Source: an uncultured Candidatus Bathyarchaeia archaeon
GTDB taxonomy: Archaea > Thermoproteota > Bathyarchaeia > Bathyarchaeales > Bathyarchaeaceae
Length of the DNA: 64,000 nt
Assembly: GCA_964618695.1 (NCBI GenBank)
Contig: CAZUDX010000004.1
Location: 162,736 to 226,735 of the forward strand
Direction of reading: 5' to 3'
In this document: positions 48,015 through 57,357 of the stretch, in pieces
Numbering within the stretch: the stretch's first letter is position 1
Layout: each line of letters begins with the position of its first letter
The notes under the pieces: model-generated
Told to the model about the DNA's origin: nothing
The model's database searches: none
The model's input: the letters and a program-made list of their open reading frames with translations, nothing else
Translations under genes and position numbers: made by a program

Positions 48015-48180
48015 TTTTGACCACCGTTGGAACGAATATGACTACCATTTCAGTTGGAAGAGATTTATTGCTTTCTCAAAAAGACGCAGTCTGCTTAATG
48101 TCTACGTTTTTTGAAGTAGAACAGAAAACCTGCGCCTATAACGGCACCAAATACGCCTTTTGGGTAACGAAAGAAAGGCG

Positions 48181-48261
48181 TTTTTGTCAAGAAACGTTGA
48201 CTAAAAAGGCGAGAGTGAATCATTTCAATGGTCAAGAAACCTTTACAGAAATACTTTTATC
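48181..48261 (+). promoter_or_regulatory. Repeated promoter/operator module, copy 2
   Basis: GTCAA-GAAACG-TTGAC then GGTCAAGAAACCTTTACAGAAATACTTTTATC upstream of the kelch gene. Confidence 0.65.
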
Positions 48262-48303
48262 ACAAAATAAACCCAACTTTATAATGGGGGAAATAAAGGC
48301 TTC

Positions 48304-49407
48304 ATGAAGAAAAAAACAGTATCAATTAAAGTTTTGTTGCTGGTTTTCACTCTTTTTTCATCAACTTTTTCTATAGCGATAGTTGGGGCAACTGACGATT
48401 CTTGGACAACGATGGAGCCGATGCCTACTGCTAGAAGTTCCTTTGGTGTTGCTGTTGTAGCTGGCAAGATATATGCAATTGGAGGTTACAATGGCAGCCT
48501 TCTAGGTACTAATGAAATGTACGACATAGAAACAGACACATGGACCACCAAGACGCCGATGCCAACTGCACGCCATAGTTTTGCAATAGCTGTTTATCAG
48601 AACAAAATCTATGTTATAGGTGGAATTTTCGACGAAAGCAGTGCCGTTTTCTCGGGATATACTGGAGTAAATGAAGTTTACAACCCTTCAACCGATACTT
48701 GGGAGACCAAAGAGCCGATGCCCACAGCCAGAGCAGATCTAGATGCAAACGTTGTGGGGGATAAAATCTACCTCATAGGCGGCACAAAACACGACAGTGT
48801 CTGGCCCTTTGATCAGGATACCGGCGGCGTGAACGAGGTTTACGATCCCTCAACTGATTCTTGGTTCACAAAGACACCAGTACCGATGATGTATTCCTAT
48901 TCACCCTCAGCAGTAGTTACCAATAAAATTTATTTATTGGGAAGTAGGTTCGATACCAACATCCCCACTCAAATATACAATCCCGAAACTGACACGTGGA
49001 TCAGCGGAAAAGCGAAATCAACCCCGGTTCTTTCAGCAGCTGCAGGCGCAACTACTGGTGTGTTGGCATCAAAGAGAATCTATGTTTTTGGTGGAGAAGT
49101 GGATGCTGACGTTGTTACTAACCTCACTCAGGTTTATGACCCAGAGACTGATGCTTGGACTACCGGCGCTCCGATGCTAACTCCTCGCCGCGCATTGGCA
49201 GTTGCTGTCGTAAACGATGAGCTTTACGCAATTGGAGGCTACAACGGTGAAACCCGCTTGGCAGTAAACGAAAAGTATACGCCAGCTGATTATATTCCAG
49301 AGTTTCCGTCATGGACCGTTTTGCCATTGCTCATTATCGTATTGTTGGCGATTATAATCTACAAAAAGAGACTATCCAAAACACCAAACCATCAATCATA
49401 TTTGTAA
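48304..49407 (+). CDS. Secreted kelch-repeat beta-propeller with PEF-CTERM-like anchor
   Basis: Repeated W....PMPTAR....KIY.IGG...NEVYDP; C-terminal IPEFPSW-TM-KKR. Confidence 0.93.
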   Translation: MKKKTVSIKVLLLVFTLFSSTFSIAIVGATDDSWTTMEPMPTARSSFGVAVVAGKIYAIGGYNGSLLGTNEMYDIETDTWTTKTPMPTARHSFAIAVYQNKIYVIGGIFDESSAVFSGYTGVNEVYNPSTDTWETKEPMPTARADLDANVVGDKIYLIGGTKHDSVWPFDQDTGGVNEVYDPSTDSWFTKTPVPMMYSYSPSAVVTNKIYLLGSRFDTNIPTQIYNPETDTWISGKAKSTPVLSAAAGATTGVLASKRIYVFGGEVDADVVTNLTQVYDPETDAWTTGAPMLTPRRALAVAVVNDELYAIGGYNGETRLAVNEKYTPADYIPEFPSWTVLPLLIIVLLAIIIYKKRLSKTPNHQSYL

Positions 49408-49564
49408 TCTAATAAAACTTCATTGTTAAAAACAGCCTTTTTTCCGATTTCCCAAGCAACAAAAACATTTGCTCTCTAAAACAGTTCTACAAGCATATTT
49501 GAAAACTAATAACAGCAGATTGTTGAAAACAAAATTTTTTCAGAAAAACCTAGCACCAACCATC

Positions 49565-50356
49565 CTAAGCTACAACCGCAAGTACGACAAGCAGAGCTAT
49601 CATCCTGTTTATTTCGTTGGTGGCTCCCATAACGTCACCGGTTACGCATCCCAAAGTCTTGTTAGCGTAATAACTCACAACCACCACAGCGACCTCCATT
49701 GCAATAAAAACAAAAACAAAAAACGCACCAACCAAAAACAAACCTACAGCCGCCACCAAAACTATAGAAAAAAGCGCTTTCAGATGCTTGTTCTTCATAG
49801 ACTCAACAACATAATATCCCATACCCTTGTAATCCGGCGTCTTCCCAAAATAGGCAGTCAAAACCATACTCTCCTTAGCCATAACCTCAGCAACCACCGC
49901 CGCCTTCACAATTTCCAAACCCGAAAAATGCCCAAAAGCCAAACCCGTTACAGCCAGAACAATAAAACTAGACGCAACAGCCGCCGCACCAGTATACATA
50001 TCATGCATAACCTCCAACCTCCGTTTAGCATCACCCCTAGCCATCGCCGCGTCACTCAAATCCAAAAGACCATCCAAATGATGAAAACCAGTCACAAGTT
50101 GCACACTAACTAAGACAAGAAAACCAGAAATCAACTCGGGCAGAAAAAAATTAGAAGCAAAACCCACTGCCCCAGCAACTACACCTATCACCAACCCCAC
50201 TATCGGACAGAGAAAAAAATACTTGGACACAGCCTCTATCGACTCCATCCCAACAGGCACAACCGTTAAGAAACTGAACAACGCCTTCAAACCTTTGAAT
50301 ACCAACCCGACACCTTCACCGAAGCTTTCTGTCCTGAAGAAGATATGTCCTACCAT
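49565..50356 (-). CDS. cobS: Adenosylcobinamide-GDP ribazoletransferase (cobalamin synthase)
   Basis: SFLTVVP, TGFHHLDGLLDLSDA, RLEVMHD..TGA, GCVTGDVMGATNE. Confidence 0.93.
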   Translation of the reverse strand: MVGHIFFRTESFGEGVGLVFKGLKALFSFLTVVPVGMESIEAVSKYFFLCPIVGLVIGVVAGAVGFASNFFLPELISGFLVLVSVQLVTGFHHLDGLLDLSDAAMARGDAKRRLEVMHDMYTGAAAVASSFIVLAVTGLAFGHFSGLEIVKAAVVAEVMAKESMVLTAYFGKTPDYKGMGYYVVESMKNKHLKALFSIVLVAAVGLFLVGAFFVFVFIAMEVAVVVVSYYANKTLGCVTGDVMGATNEINRMIALLVVLAVVA

Positions 50357-50483
50357 TAGTCTTTAAGGTTTGTTCAAGATTCAACACCAAGCCATTCTTT
50401 GTATATACTGTAACAACACAAAGCTTATACGATGGTGCAAGCATAAAACCCAACTTGCTCTATATAAAAAGAAGGTATCTTTA

Positions 50484-50912
50484 ATGTCTTGGCTAAAATC
50501 CATGATGGAAAAAGAACCGCCTGAACCAGAAAACCCAATCGGAGTCGTAGTAATCGGAACCCTTGAACCCGACATGCACCTAACCCCCAAAGAAATGGTA
50601 CGAAAATCTCTCAAAAAAGCCCTATTCAAATGCGTTGACGTCGGAAAAAAGGCTCCAGCCGCTTCCTTCGCCTCAAAAGCCAAAGAAGTTAACGCAGACA
50701 TCATAGCTGTCTCAATAAACACTGCCCCTGCAAAAAACAACATACCAGCCCTGATGACAGCAATTGAAGCTGCAGGGCTCAAAGGAAAAGTCACCATAAT
50801 GATTGGTGGCGCTGCAGTAGACATGGACGACGCAGTCAAAGTAGGCGCACTATACGGTGAAACCAGAGAAGAAGCTGTTGCCCTCGCGAAGAAAGCTATG
50901 CAAGCAAAATGA
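50484..50912 (+). CDS. Stand-alone cobalamin-binding (corrinoid) protein, cap-less
   Basis: GTLEPDMHLTPK (variant of DxHxxG), VDVG, DIIAVS, IMIGGA; start trimmed to ATG 50484. Confidence 0.85.
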   Translation: MSWLKSMMEKEPPEPENPIGVVVIGTLEPDMHLTPKEMVRKSLKKALFKCVDVGKKAPAASFASKAKEVNADIIAVSINTAPAKNNIPALMTAIEAAGLKGKVTIMIGGAAVDMDDAVKVGALYGETREEAVALAKKAMQAK

Positions 50913-50963
50913 GTTCAAGGCGGCAAAGTTTCCGCATACAAAAGAATGAAAAAGTGAGACAGA

Positions 50964-51881
50964 ATGTTTAGATTTGAAAAGGAACAGAAAATTATTGACG
51001 CAGGTGGAATCAAGGTTGGAGGCCAACCTGGAGAGCTCCCCACCGCTCTAACTGCCACAATCTTTTACATCGGCCACAAAATTGTACAGGACAAGAAACA
51101 AGGAATCTTCGACAAGGCAAAAGCCGAAGCTCTGATCAACAGGATGGAAGAGCTTTCGGATATGACAACCAACCCATTCATTTTGGACGTCGTCGGAACT
51201 TCAGTGGAGGCTTTCCAAAGCTACATCGACTTTATCGCCAACATAACCGAAGCACCAATACAGATAGACGCTATCAGCCCAAAACTCAGAATGGAAGCCA
51301 TAAAATGGGCAGCCGAAGCAGGACTATCCAATAGGCTAATCAACAACTCAATCTACAAAGGCGTCAAAGAAAAAGAACTACAAAACCTGAAAGACTGTGG
51401 TGTAAAAGCCTCAATCATCCTCTGTGACAACCCACAAGATGACTCTGTTGACGGAAAACTCGGTGTTTTGCCTGAAATCCTAGAACTGGGTGACCAAGCA
51501 GGAATAGAAGGCGCGCTCATCGACACTGCCATGCCCTCATGGGGTATAGGCGTAGGCGCAGGCCTCAGATCCATATACGTAATCAAACAAATGTATGGTG
51601 ACCGAGGAGCCGTTGGAACAGGCATCGGAAACGTGTCCGACACACTAGGATGGGTAAAAGGCAACTTCTCGAAAGAGATCAAAAAAGCAACCGACGCAGC
51701 ACAGAACGCCATGCTGCCAATGATCGGATGTGACTGGATCATGTTTGGTCCAATCGAATTTTCAGAATTCGTCTTCCCATCTGTTGCGGTAATAGACACC
51801 TACATATTAACAGCAACTGCAGAACTTGGCACCCGACCCGCAATCGAAGGCATGCACCCACTCTTCAAACTCGTCGGCTAA
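50964..51881 (+). CDS. MtrH-family corrinoid:tetrahydropterin methyltransferase
   Basis: MFRFEKEQK..GGQPGELPT...IFY.GH, INNSI, LIDTA, G.GIGNV, GCDWIMFGPIE, HPL.KL. Confidence 0.9.
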   Translation: MFRFEKEQKIIDAGGIKVGGQPGELPTALTATIFYIGHKIVQDKKQGIFDKAKAEALINRMEELSDMTTNPFILDVVGTSVEAFQSYIDFIANITEAPIQIDAISPKLRMEAIKWAAEAGLSNRLINNSIYKGVKEKELQNLKDCGVKASIILCDNPQDDSVDGKLGVLPEILELGDQAGIEGALIDTAMPSWGIGVGAGLRSIYVIKQMYGDRGAVGTGIGNVSDTLGWVKGNFSKEIKKATDAAQNAMLPMIGCDWIMFGPIEFSEFVFPSVAVIDTYILTATAELGTRPAIEGMHPLFKLVG

Positions 51882-52067
51882 ACTAAACAACCCCAAAATT
51901 TTTCCACGGGCTTCACGCCCATTTTTCTTTTTTTAGAAGCGCAACCTTAACGCTCTTCAAGTTTACACAGTTATATTCTATAATTATCGGAGTTTCTCGT
52001 AGCCCTTAATTAGTTGACTTAGAATTACGCTTTTATGTAAATCTGCCAATAAGATGGTTGGTGCACC

Positions 52068-52637
52068 ATGAAATCCCTAGAAGAACTCATCTTAGATGTC
52101 TTGGATACAAAACAACCGGAGAATGTGAAAGAACTAATCCAATTAGTCCAAGAACAAGTTGACGCCACACCAAAAGACATCGAGAAAGAAATAAAGCGTC
52201 TTCACCAAAAGGGGCTGGTGTCACTTGAGGAACCAACACTCCAAAAAGAAGACTTCAGCAGCTTTCTGGCTCCGAAAAGAAGCCGCTGGTTCTGGATTGT
52301 GATAAGCATAACTCTTCTCGCGTTCGGTTCAATCCTAGTTATTCCCGAGACCGGAACACCATTGTCCTATGTGCGGTACATATTTGCCTTCGTTCTAGTA
52401 GCTTTCTTGCCGGGCTATTGTCTAAACGAAACTTTGTTTCCAAAAGAGGATGCTATGGACGTAATTGAGAGAGTGACTTTTTCTATCGGATTAAGTTTCG
52501 CAGTTACAGCCCTAGTAGCGTTCTTCTTGAGTTTCACGCCGTTCGGCTTAACTCTCGCAACAGCGCTGCCGACTTTAGGCTCTGTAGTGATTGTTTTGGA
52601 TGTAGTGGCTTTAATTCGAAAATACAGAGCGCAGTAA
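52068..52637 (+). CDS. HTH plus DUF1616-like membrane protein
   Basis: FLPGY....LFP......ER..FSIGLS. Confidence 0.7.
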   Translation: MKSLEELILDVLDTKQPENVKELIQLVQEQVDATPKDIEKEIKRLHQKGLVSLEEPTLQKEDFSSFLAPKRSRWFWIVISITLLAFGSILVIPETGTPLSYVRYIFAFVLVAFLPGYCLNETLFPKEDAMDVIERVTFSIGLSFAVTALVAFFLSFTPFGLTLATALPTLGSVVIVLDVVALIRKYRAQ

Positions 52638-52739
52638 ATCTTCTCTTGAATTGCAAAGTCGAGAAAAAAGTCTATCTTATTTTAGGTTAAAAAAGAAATA
52701 AAGAGGCTGAAGCCTAGTTGTTGAAGAGCTGAATTGTTA

Positions 52740-53651
52740 CTAGAACAGTTTGTCCCATCTGTTAAACAAGTCGAGCGCTGGTTGACCGCCGTAGTCGCTT
52801 AGTGAATCCCTATATTCGCCTTTTTGAGTTACTGCCTTCTGGAACTTCACCATATTGTCTGCAACATCTGCTAGGTAAATGATGCCATCAATTCCTGTTC
52901 TCATCACCCGAACCGAAACTCGGATCAGCTGGTCAACTGGCGGACAGTTGGCGGGGTCATCTCCTGGACCACAAACGTAAATGTTTGAATACACTGGCTT
53001 CTCTGGAAAGATTCTCCTGAAAGCACGCGCAAGCATTTCCCAATACCACGAAGTTGCATAGTTCTGAGAGAACATCACAATGTTGAATGCGTCACATATC
53101 TTGTAGAGTTCTTTGAAGTCCATACCGAAACGTTGGTCTGCGTTTGCTGGGTCGGGCAACACTGCTAATACGAGTTTGGTCTTAACGCGGTCTTTTACGT
53201 CTTTAATGAATTGTGTGATGGTTTGGTTGCGCCATGTAAACCAGTCCAGTCCACTCTTTTTCCATAGCTTATTGCAGCGTTCGCATGTGCAGTGTCCGTG
53301 GTCAGCGAAGTGCCAACTGTTCAAGAAGATTGGTTGACCTGTTGCTTCAACGGTTTTCTCAATGTAATCCAATTGCTCTGCTCTGAACTCCGGAACCGTG
53401 GGACAGAGAACGTCCCAGTGAAGATTATACTGGTTGTTTCCTCTTACTGCTCTACCACGCTTTGACTCAGAAACCCATTCGGGATGCGCACGTCCAGACA
53501 CGTTGTCTCCGAAGACTGCGATGTTGTTCCACATGTCGCTTTGAGGAGTTCCACGTCTTCCTGTCTCTGGTTTCAGTCGGTACACGTCAAAGTCGAATCC
53601 TTCAACCTTCTTTGGTTCATACAAGTAATTGCCGAATTCCATCCTTCTCAT
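52740..53651 (-). CDS. Uncharacterised glycoside-hydrolase-like TIM-barrel protein, paralog 1
   Basis: YEP..VEGFD, FGD....HPEWV, WDVLC, HFADHGHCTCERC, SGLDW..WR, PDP.NA..RFG.DF. Confidence 0.75.
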   Translation of the reverse strand: MRRMEFGNYLYEPKKVEGFDFDVYRLKPETGRRGTPQSDMWNNIAVFGDNVSGRAHPEWVSESKRGRAVRGNNQYNLHWDVLCPTVPEFRAEQLDYIEKTVEATGQPIFLNSWHFADHGHCTCERCNKLWKKSGLDWFTWRNQTITQFIKDVKDRVKTKLVLAVLPDPANADQRFGMDFKELYKICDAFNIVMFSQNYATSWYWEMLARAFRRIFPEKPVYSNIYVCGPGDDPANCPPVDQLIRVSVRVMRTGIDGIIYLADVADNMVKFQKAVTQKGEYRDSLSDYGGQPALDLFNRWDKLF

Positions 53652-53863
53652 CTCGTCTTAAAGATGCAAAATACTTCGATGCATGTTATATAAGCTTTGC
53701 TTAGATAGCCTCGAATTTTGTTGCATAAATTTTTTACTTAAATTTGAAGTCAATTTCCAAAAAGGGTAATAAAAACCGCGAAAGATAACGAGTCCTCTTC
53801 GTAACTGTTAGGATTGAGTTAACAAAATAGAAGAGAGGATGAGCAAAAAGATTGGTTTAATAG

Positions 53864-54766
53864 TTATTCGAGTATGCTCTCCCATTTGTCTATGAGGTCT
53901 AGGACAGGTTTGCCCCCGTAGCCTTCCAAGTCTTCGCGGAGTTTCACGTCTGCGACACAAGCTTTCTGGAAATCCTTCATGAACGTAGCGTTTGCAGCTA
54001 GGAAAATGATTCCGTCAACTCCAGTTCTTGCTATACGGCATGCTGTCTTCAGTATCTGTGTATGACTCTCAAGTTCGTTTGGGTCATCTCCCGGTCCACG
54101 TATGTAGAGACCTGGATACACTGGCTTCTTCAGCAGTTTTTTGAATGCACGAGACAGGGACTCAAAATACCATGGAGTTGCATAAGTTTTAGACCAATGC
54201 GGAACAACAAACGCGGTTGCATATTCAGCTAGGGCATCGAAGTCCATTCCGAACCTTTCATACGCATTAACGGGGTCAGGAAGTAATCCAACATAGAATG
54301 GTTTGTTTTTCACTCGTTCCTTTGCTGCTCCGATAAAGTCTGTTACCGTTTGCGCTCTAAATTCCAGCCACTCTAGCCCGCTTTTTTTGTATGCTTCTTT
54401 GCATCTGTGGCATTGGCAGAATCCGTGGTCTGCGACGTGCATGCTGCTAACGGTTATTCCTTTGGTTTTTTCTGCAGTGTCTTCGATCAAGTCGAGCATG
54501 TAGTCTACCATCTGTTTTTCGTTGTTGCAGACAATGTCCCATCGCAAATTGTATTTCTTGTTTGTTCTCAGTGCAGGTCCGTCTTTGGAGATTTGAACCC
54601 AGTCAGGGTGTTTTGCTGCCATGTTGTTGTCGCCGAAGCAAGCGATATTTGTTGTCATTTCAGGGTTTGGGGTTCCAACGATTCCTCGTTCTGATTTAAG
54701 ACGATAAACCTGCAGGTCAAATCCTTCAACAGGTGTAGGCTCATAAATGAACATTCCGAACTTCAA
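53864..54766 (-). CDS. Uncharacterised glycoside-hydrolase-like TIM-barrel protein, paralog 2
   Basis: Same motif set: YEP..VEGFD, FGD...HPDWV, WDIVC, HVADHGFCQCHRC, PDPVNA.ERFGMDF. Confidence 0.75.
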   Translation of the reverse strand: MKFGMFIYEPTPVEGFDLQVYRLKSERGIVGTPNPEMTTNIACFGDNNMAAKHPDWVQISKDGPALRTNKKYNLRWDIVCNNEKQMVDYMLDLIEDTAEKTKGITVSSMHVADHGFCQCHRCKEAYKKSGLEWLEFRAQTVTDFIGAAKERVKNKPFYVGLLPDPVNAYERFGMDFDALAEYATAFVVPHWSKTYATPWYFESLSRAFKKLLKKPVYPGLYIRGPGDDPNELESHTQILKTACRIARTGVDGIIFLAANATFMKDFQKACVADVKLREDLEGYGGKPVLDLIDKWESILE

Positions 54767-54867
54767 ATTTAGTTCCTCTTCAGGAGCGAGAACTAACCTT
54801 TAAGATGCTATTTAAGGATTGCTGAAGCTGGAAAAATGAATCGCTTTGCAGGTAGTTGTTAACTTTT

Positions 54868-56028
54868 CTATTCTTTCTTTTCTTTCGACTGGTCTGCAAC
54901 ACTATTTGAATAAACAGAATACATAACAGCGGAAAGAACGCTTCGAGTAAACCATCCCAGTTTGTCAGCAAACGTTGAACTCAGATAGTCAGGTCTCACA
55001 AATCTGGACGGTGCTTTTTCCTTTGTCATGTAGTCTGTCACGGCTTTCTGAAGAATTTTGCTTAGCACAAAATTCCGACCATACTCGTTGGCTGGATTCT
55101 CAGGAATCAAACCTGAATTCGCATCTTCATCCAGTCGCAGTCCCATAATAACTAATGCTGCTATGTTCTGGTCAGACAAAGCTCGTTCAAGCTCTTTGGT
55201 GAACTTCTTCCGCTTTTCAGGGTTCCCGCGAAGAATTGGATGAATTTGTGAAAAAAGAGTTGTCATTTTTTCAACGGTTATTCCTCTCTCTTCAAGTCTC
55301 CTTGTAAGAGGTCTGTTGGAAACTATGTTCTCTTGATTGCGGAGAGCCTTTTTCACTGCTTCCCTAACAGTTTTGCCAATTAATTCTCCTATCGGCGTGC
55401 CAATTCCAGAGTATTTAATTTGGTTTCCCCTTTTTGTGCAAGCTATCACGTTGCTGTCGGTAACAGTTCCGGTGGCTAATTCGCCAGAAAAACGGCTTCT
55501 CACGTCCAATTCTCTTAATGCAACTGCTTTAGCTTCTGTGATGGTGCTCACTGCGTTGACCATGCAACTTTCGGTCAGATTTCCGTCAACTAGAACGACG
55601 ATGTTAATGGTACCCACCTTTTTGTAGGGAAAAGCTCTTTGTTTTGAGGCAATTTCGTCGCCAGCCGTGGCTGCGAAATGAACGCCCCCAGTAGCAAGTG
55701 TGGTGAGGGTGATGTCTTCAAATTTTTCTGTTGTCACTTCTATTTTTTTCATGTTGGCTGCGGTCATTATTCCTACAACTTGGTCTTGAGGAAGACCCAT
55801 TTTTGATGTTTCTTCTTTCAAGAAGTCGTCTGCTTTTCTGTGAACTTCATCGTCTATATCGCTGCCTGCGTCTTCTGGTACCTGTACGCTCACTATGTAG
55901 TTTGCTTCCTGCAGTCCGCCGTTCAAAACGGCAGAGCTTAATATCTTCATGGGCGTTTTTGACTTTACGACAAGTTTGTTTCCTTGTACTTCAGCTTCAA
56001 CTGATTCGATTTTGGTTTCCAGCTTCAT
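54868..56028 (-). CDS. cbiZ: CbiZ amidohydrolase fused to a degenerate CobZ-like (alpha-ribazole phosphatase) domain
   Basis: LSSAVLNGG, MTAANM, GTINI, TEAKA.AL, ATGTVTD; C-terminal RRLEERGIT...ALSDQNIAAL...RLDED..GLIP. Confidence 0.82.
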   Translation of the reverse strand: MKLETKIESVEAEVQGNKLVVKSKTPMKILSSAVLNGGLQEANYIVSVQVPEDAGSDIDDEVHRKADDFLKEETSKMGLPQDQVVGIMTAANMKKIEVTTEKFEDITLTTLATGGVHFAATAGDEIASKQRAFPYKKVGTINIVVLVDGNLTESCMVNAVSTITEAKAVALRELDVRSRFSGELATGTVTDSNVIACTKRGNQIKYSGIGTPIGELIGKTVREAVKKALRNQENIVSNRPLTRRLEERGITVEKMTTLFSQIHPILRGNPEKRKKFTKELERALSDQNIAALVIMGLRLDEDANSGLIPENPANEYGRNFVLSKILQKAVTDYMTKEKAPSRFVRPDYLSSTFADKLGWFTRSVLSAVMYSVYSNSVADQSKEKKE

Positions 56029-56198
56029 TTGTTACTTTCCTTCTCTTAGGTTTGCCAAAAATGGATGGTGAATTTTATGATTTTGGGTTACCATTTCCCT
56101 AATCACGGAGAGATTCCTACCACAAACTCCCTTTTCTTCTTTATGCCTAAAATGAAACATTAACATCATAGTTTTAATCAAAAAGCCTTTCTGACAGT

Positions 56199-56384
56199 TT
56201 ATTTTTCGATGGTTATTGCCTTCTTTGGGCACAGGTCTTCGCAGATTCCACATAGAGTGCATGAATCCAAATCAACTATGACTGGTTTGTTTTCCCTGAG
56301 AACGTAGACAGCCATGGCACAACAGTCAACACAAGTATACGAGCGGCAATCTTTACATTTGCTGTAATCGATTTCAATCTTCAT
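56199..56384 (-). CDS. 4Fe-4S ferredoxin
   Basis: CKDCRSYTCVDCC and CTLCGICEDLCP. Confidence 0.9.
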   Translation of the reverse strand: MKIEIDYSKCKDCRSYTCVDCCAMAVYVLRENKPVIVDLDSCTLCGICEDLCPKKAITIEK

Positions 56385-56457
56385 CGCTGGCCACCAGAAT
56401 CACTTAACGTCAAGACTAATTAGCCTCATTAGATTTAAAGTTAAAGTAAAACGCCAA

Positions 56458-57357
56458 ATGAGGTCAAAAGCTATGAAGATTGGAACAGTAATCTACGAGC
56501 CAGTTATCGTTGATGGCTTCGACATTTCCGTCTACTACTCAAAACGTGTCGACGGTGTTATTGGAAAACCTGCAAAAGACATGTACAATGATATCACATG
56601 TTTTGTCGATGCTAAATCCATACGAGAAAGACCAGAGTTGGTAGCGCTTTCGGAAAACGGACCCGCCACAAGAACAAACAAAGCATTCACTCTCCCATGG
56701 GACTTTGTGTGCCCCACCAATCTAGAATACCAAGCCGACATTCTCCGCTTCATAGAAGACACCGCAAAAGAAGATGTGGAAGGCGTAATTCTAAATCTCT
56801 ATCACTTTCCAGAAGAAAGCTTCTGCACCTGTGACCGCTGCTCAAGACAGCAGAGGGAAAGCGGGTTGGACTGGTTGGAGTGGAGGGCACAGACAGTCAC
56901 AGACTTCGTTGGACAAGCCAAGAAACTGGTTAAGCAACCTTTTGGGATAGAAATATGGCCAGACCCTATCTTAGCTAAAGAAAGGTTTGGCTTGGACTTT
57001 GAAGCTCTCGCGAAGCATGTAGATTTCTTCCATGTGCCCCTTTCCGCCCATAATTATGTGACTATGTATTGGGTGGACACGTTAACGCGGGACTTCAAGA
57101 AGTTGCTTAAGAAACCAATCTTCATAGAGTTAAGCGCTGAGATTGCTGGAAAAATCGAAACCAAATCTCTTCTCAGAACCGTTGCTTATGTCTCCAGCCA
57201 TGATGTGGAGGCGATTCTCCTTCTTGTTCATACTGCAGACCGTGCCAAAGAGATATGCAGAACCGCAGTGCAAGACAAGAATTACCGAGGCTGGCTGGAG
57301 AAGTTCGGATTCAAAAACATGATAGAAATAATTGAGAGATGGGAAAAAATTTACTAA
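56458..57357 (+). CDS. Uncharacterised glycoside-hydrolase-like TIM-barrel protein, paralog 3
   Basis: YEP..VDGFD, CFVD...RPELV, WDFVC, HFPEESFCTCDRC, SGLDWLEWR, PDP..A.ERFGLDF. Confidence 0.75.
   Translation: MRSKAMKIGTVIYEPVIVDGFDISVYYSKRVDGVIGKPAKDMYNDITCFVDAKSIRERPELVALSENGPATRTNKAFTLPWDFVCPTNLEYQADILRFIEDTAKEDVEGVILNLYHFPEESFCTCDRCSRQQRESGLDWLEWRAQTVTDFVGQAKKLVKQPFGIEIWPDPILAKERFGLDFEALAKHVDFFHVPLSAHNYVTMYWVDTLTRDFKKLLKKPIFIELSAEIAGKIETKSLLRTVAYVSSHDVEAILLLVHTADRAKEICRTAVQDKNYRGWLEKFGFKNMIEIIERWEKIY

Noticed and set aside
49469-50113. 214-aa His/Asn/Lys-rich plus-strand ORF and strong A/C strand skew
   Set aside because: Shadow of the G/T-rich hydrophobic cobS codons on the opposite strand.
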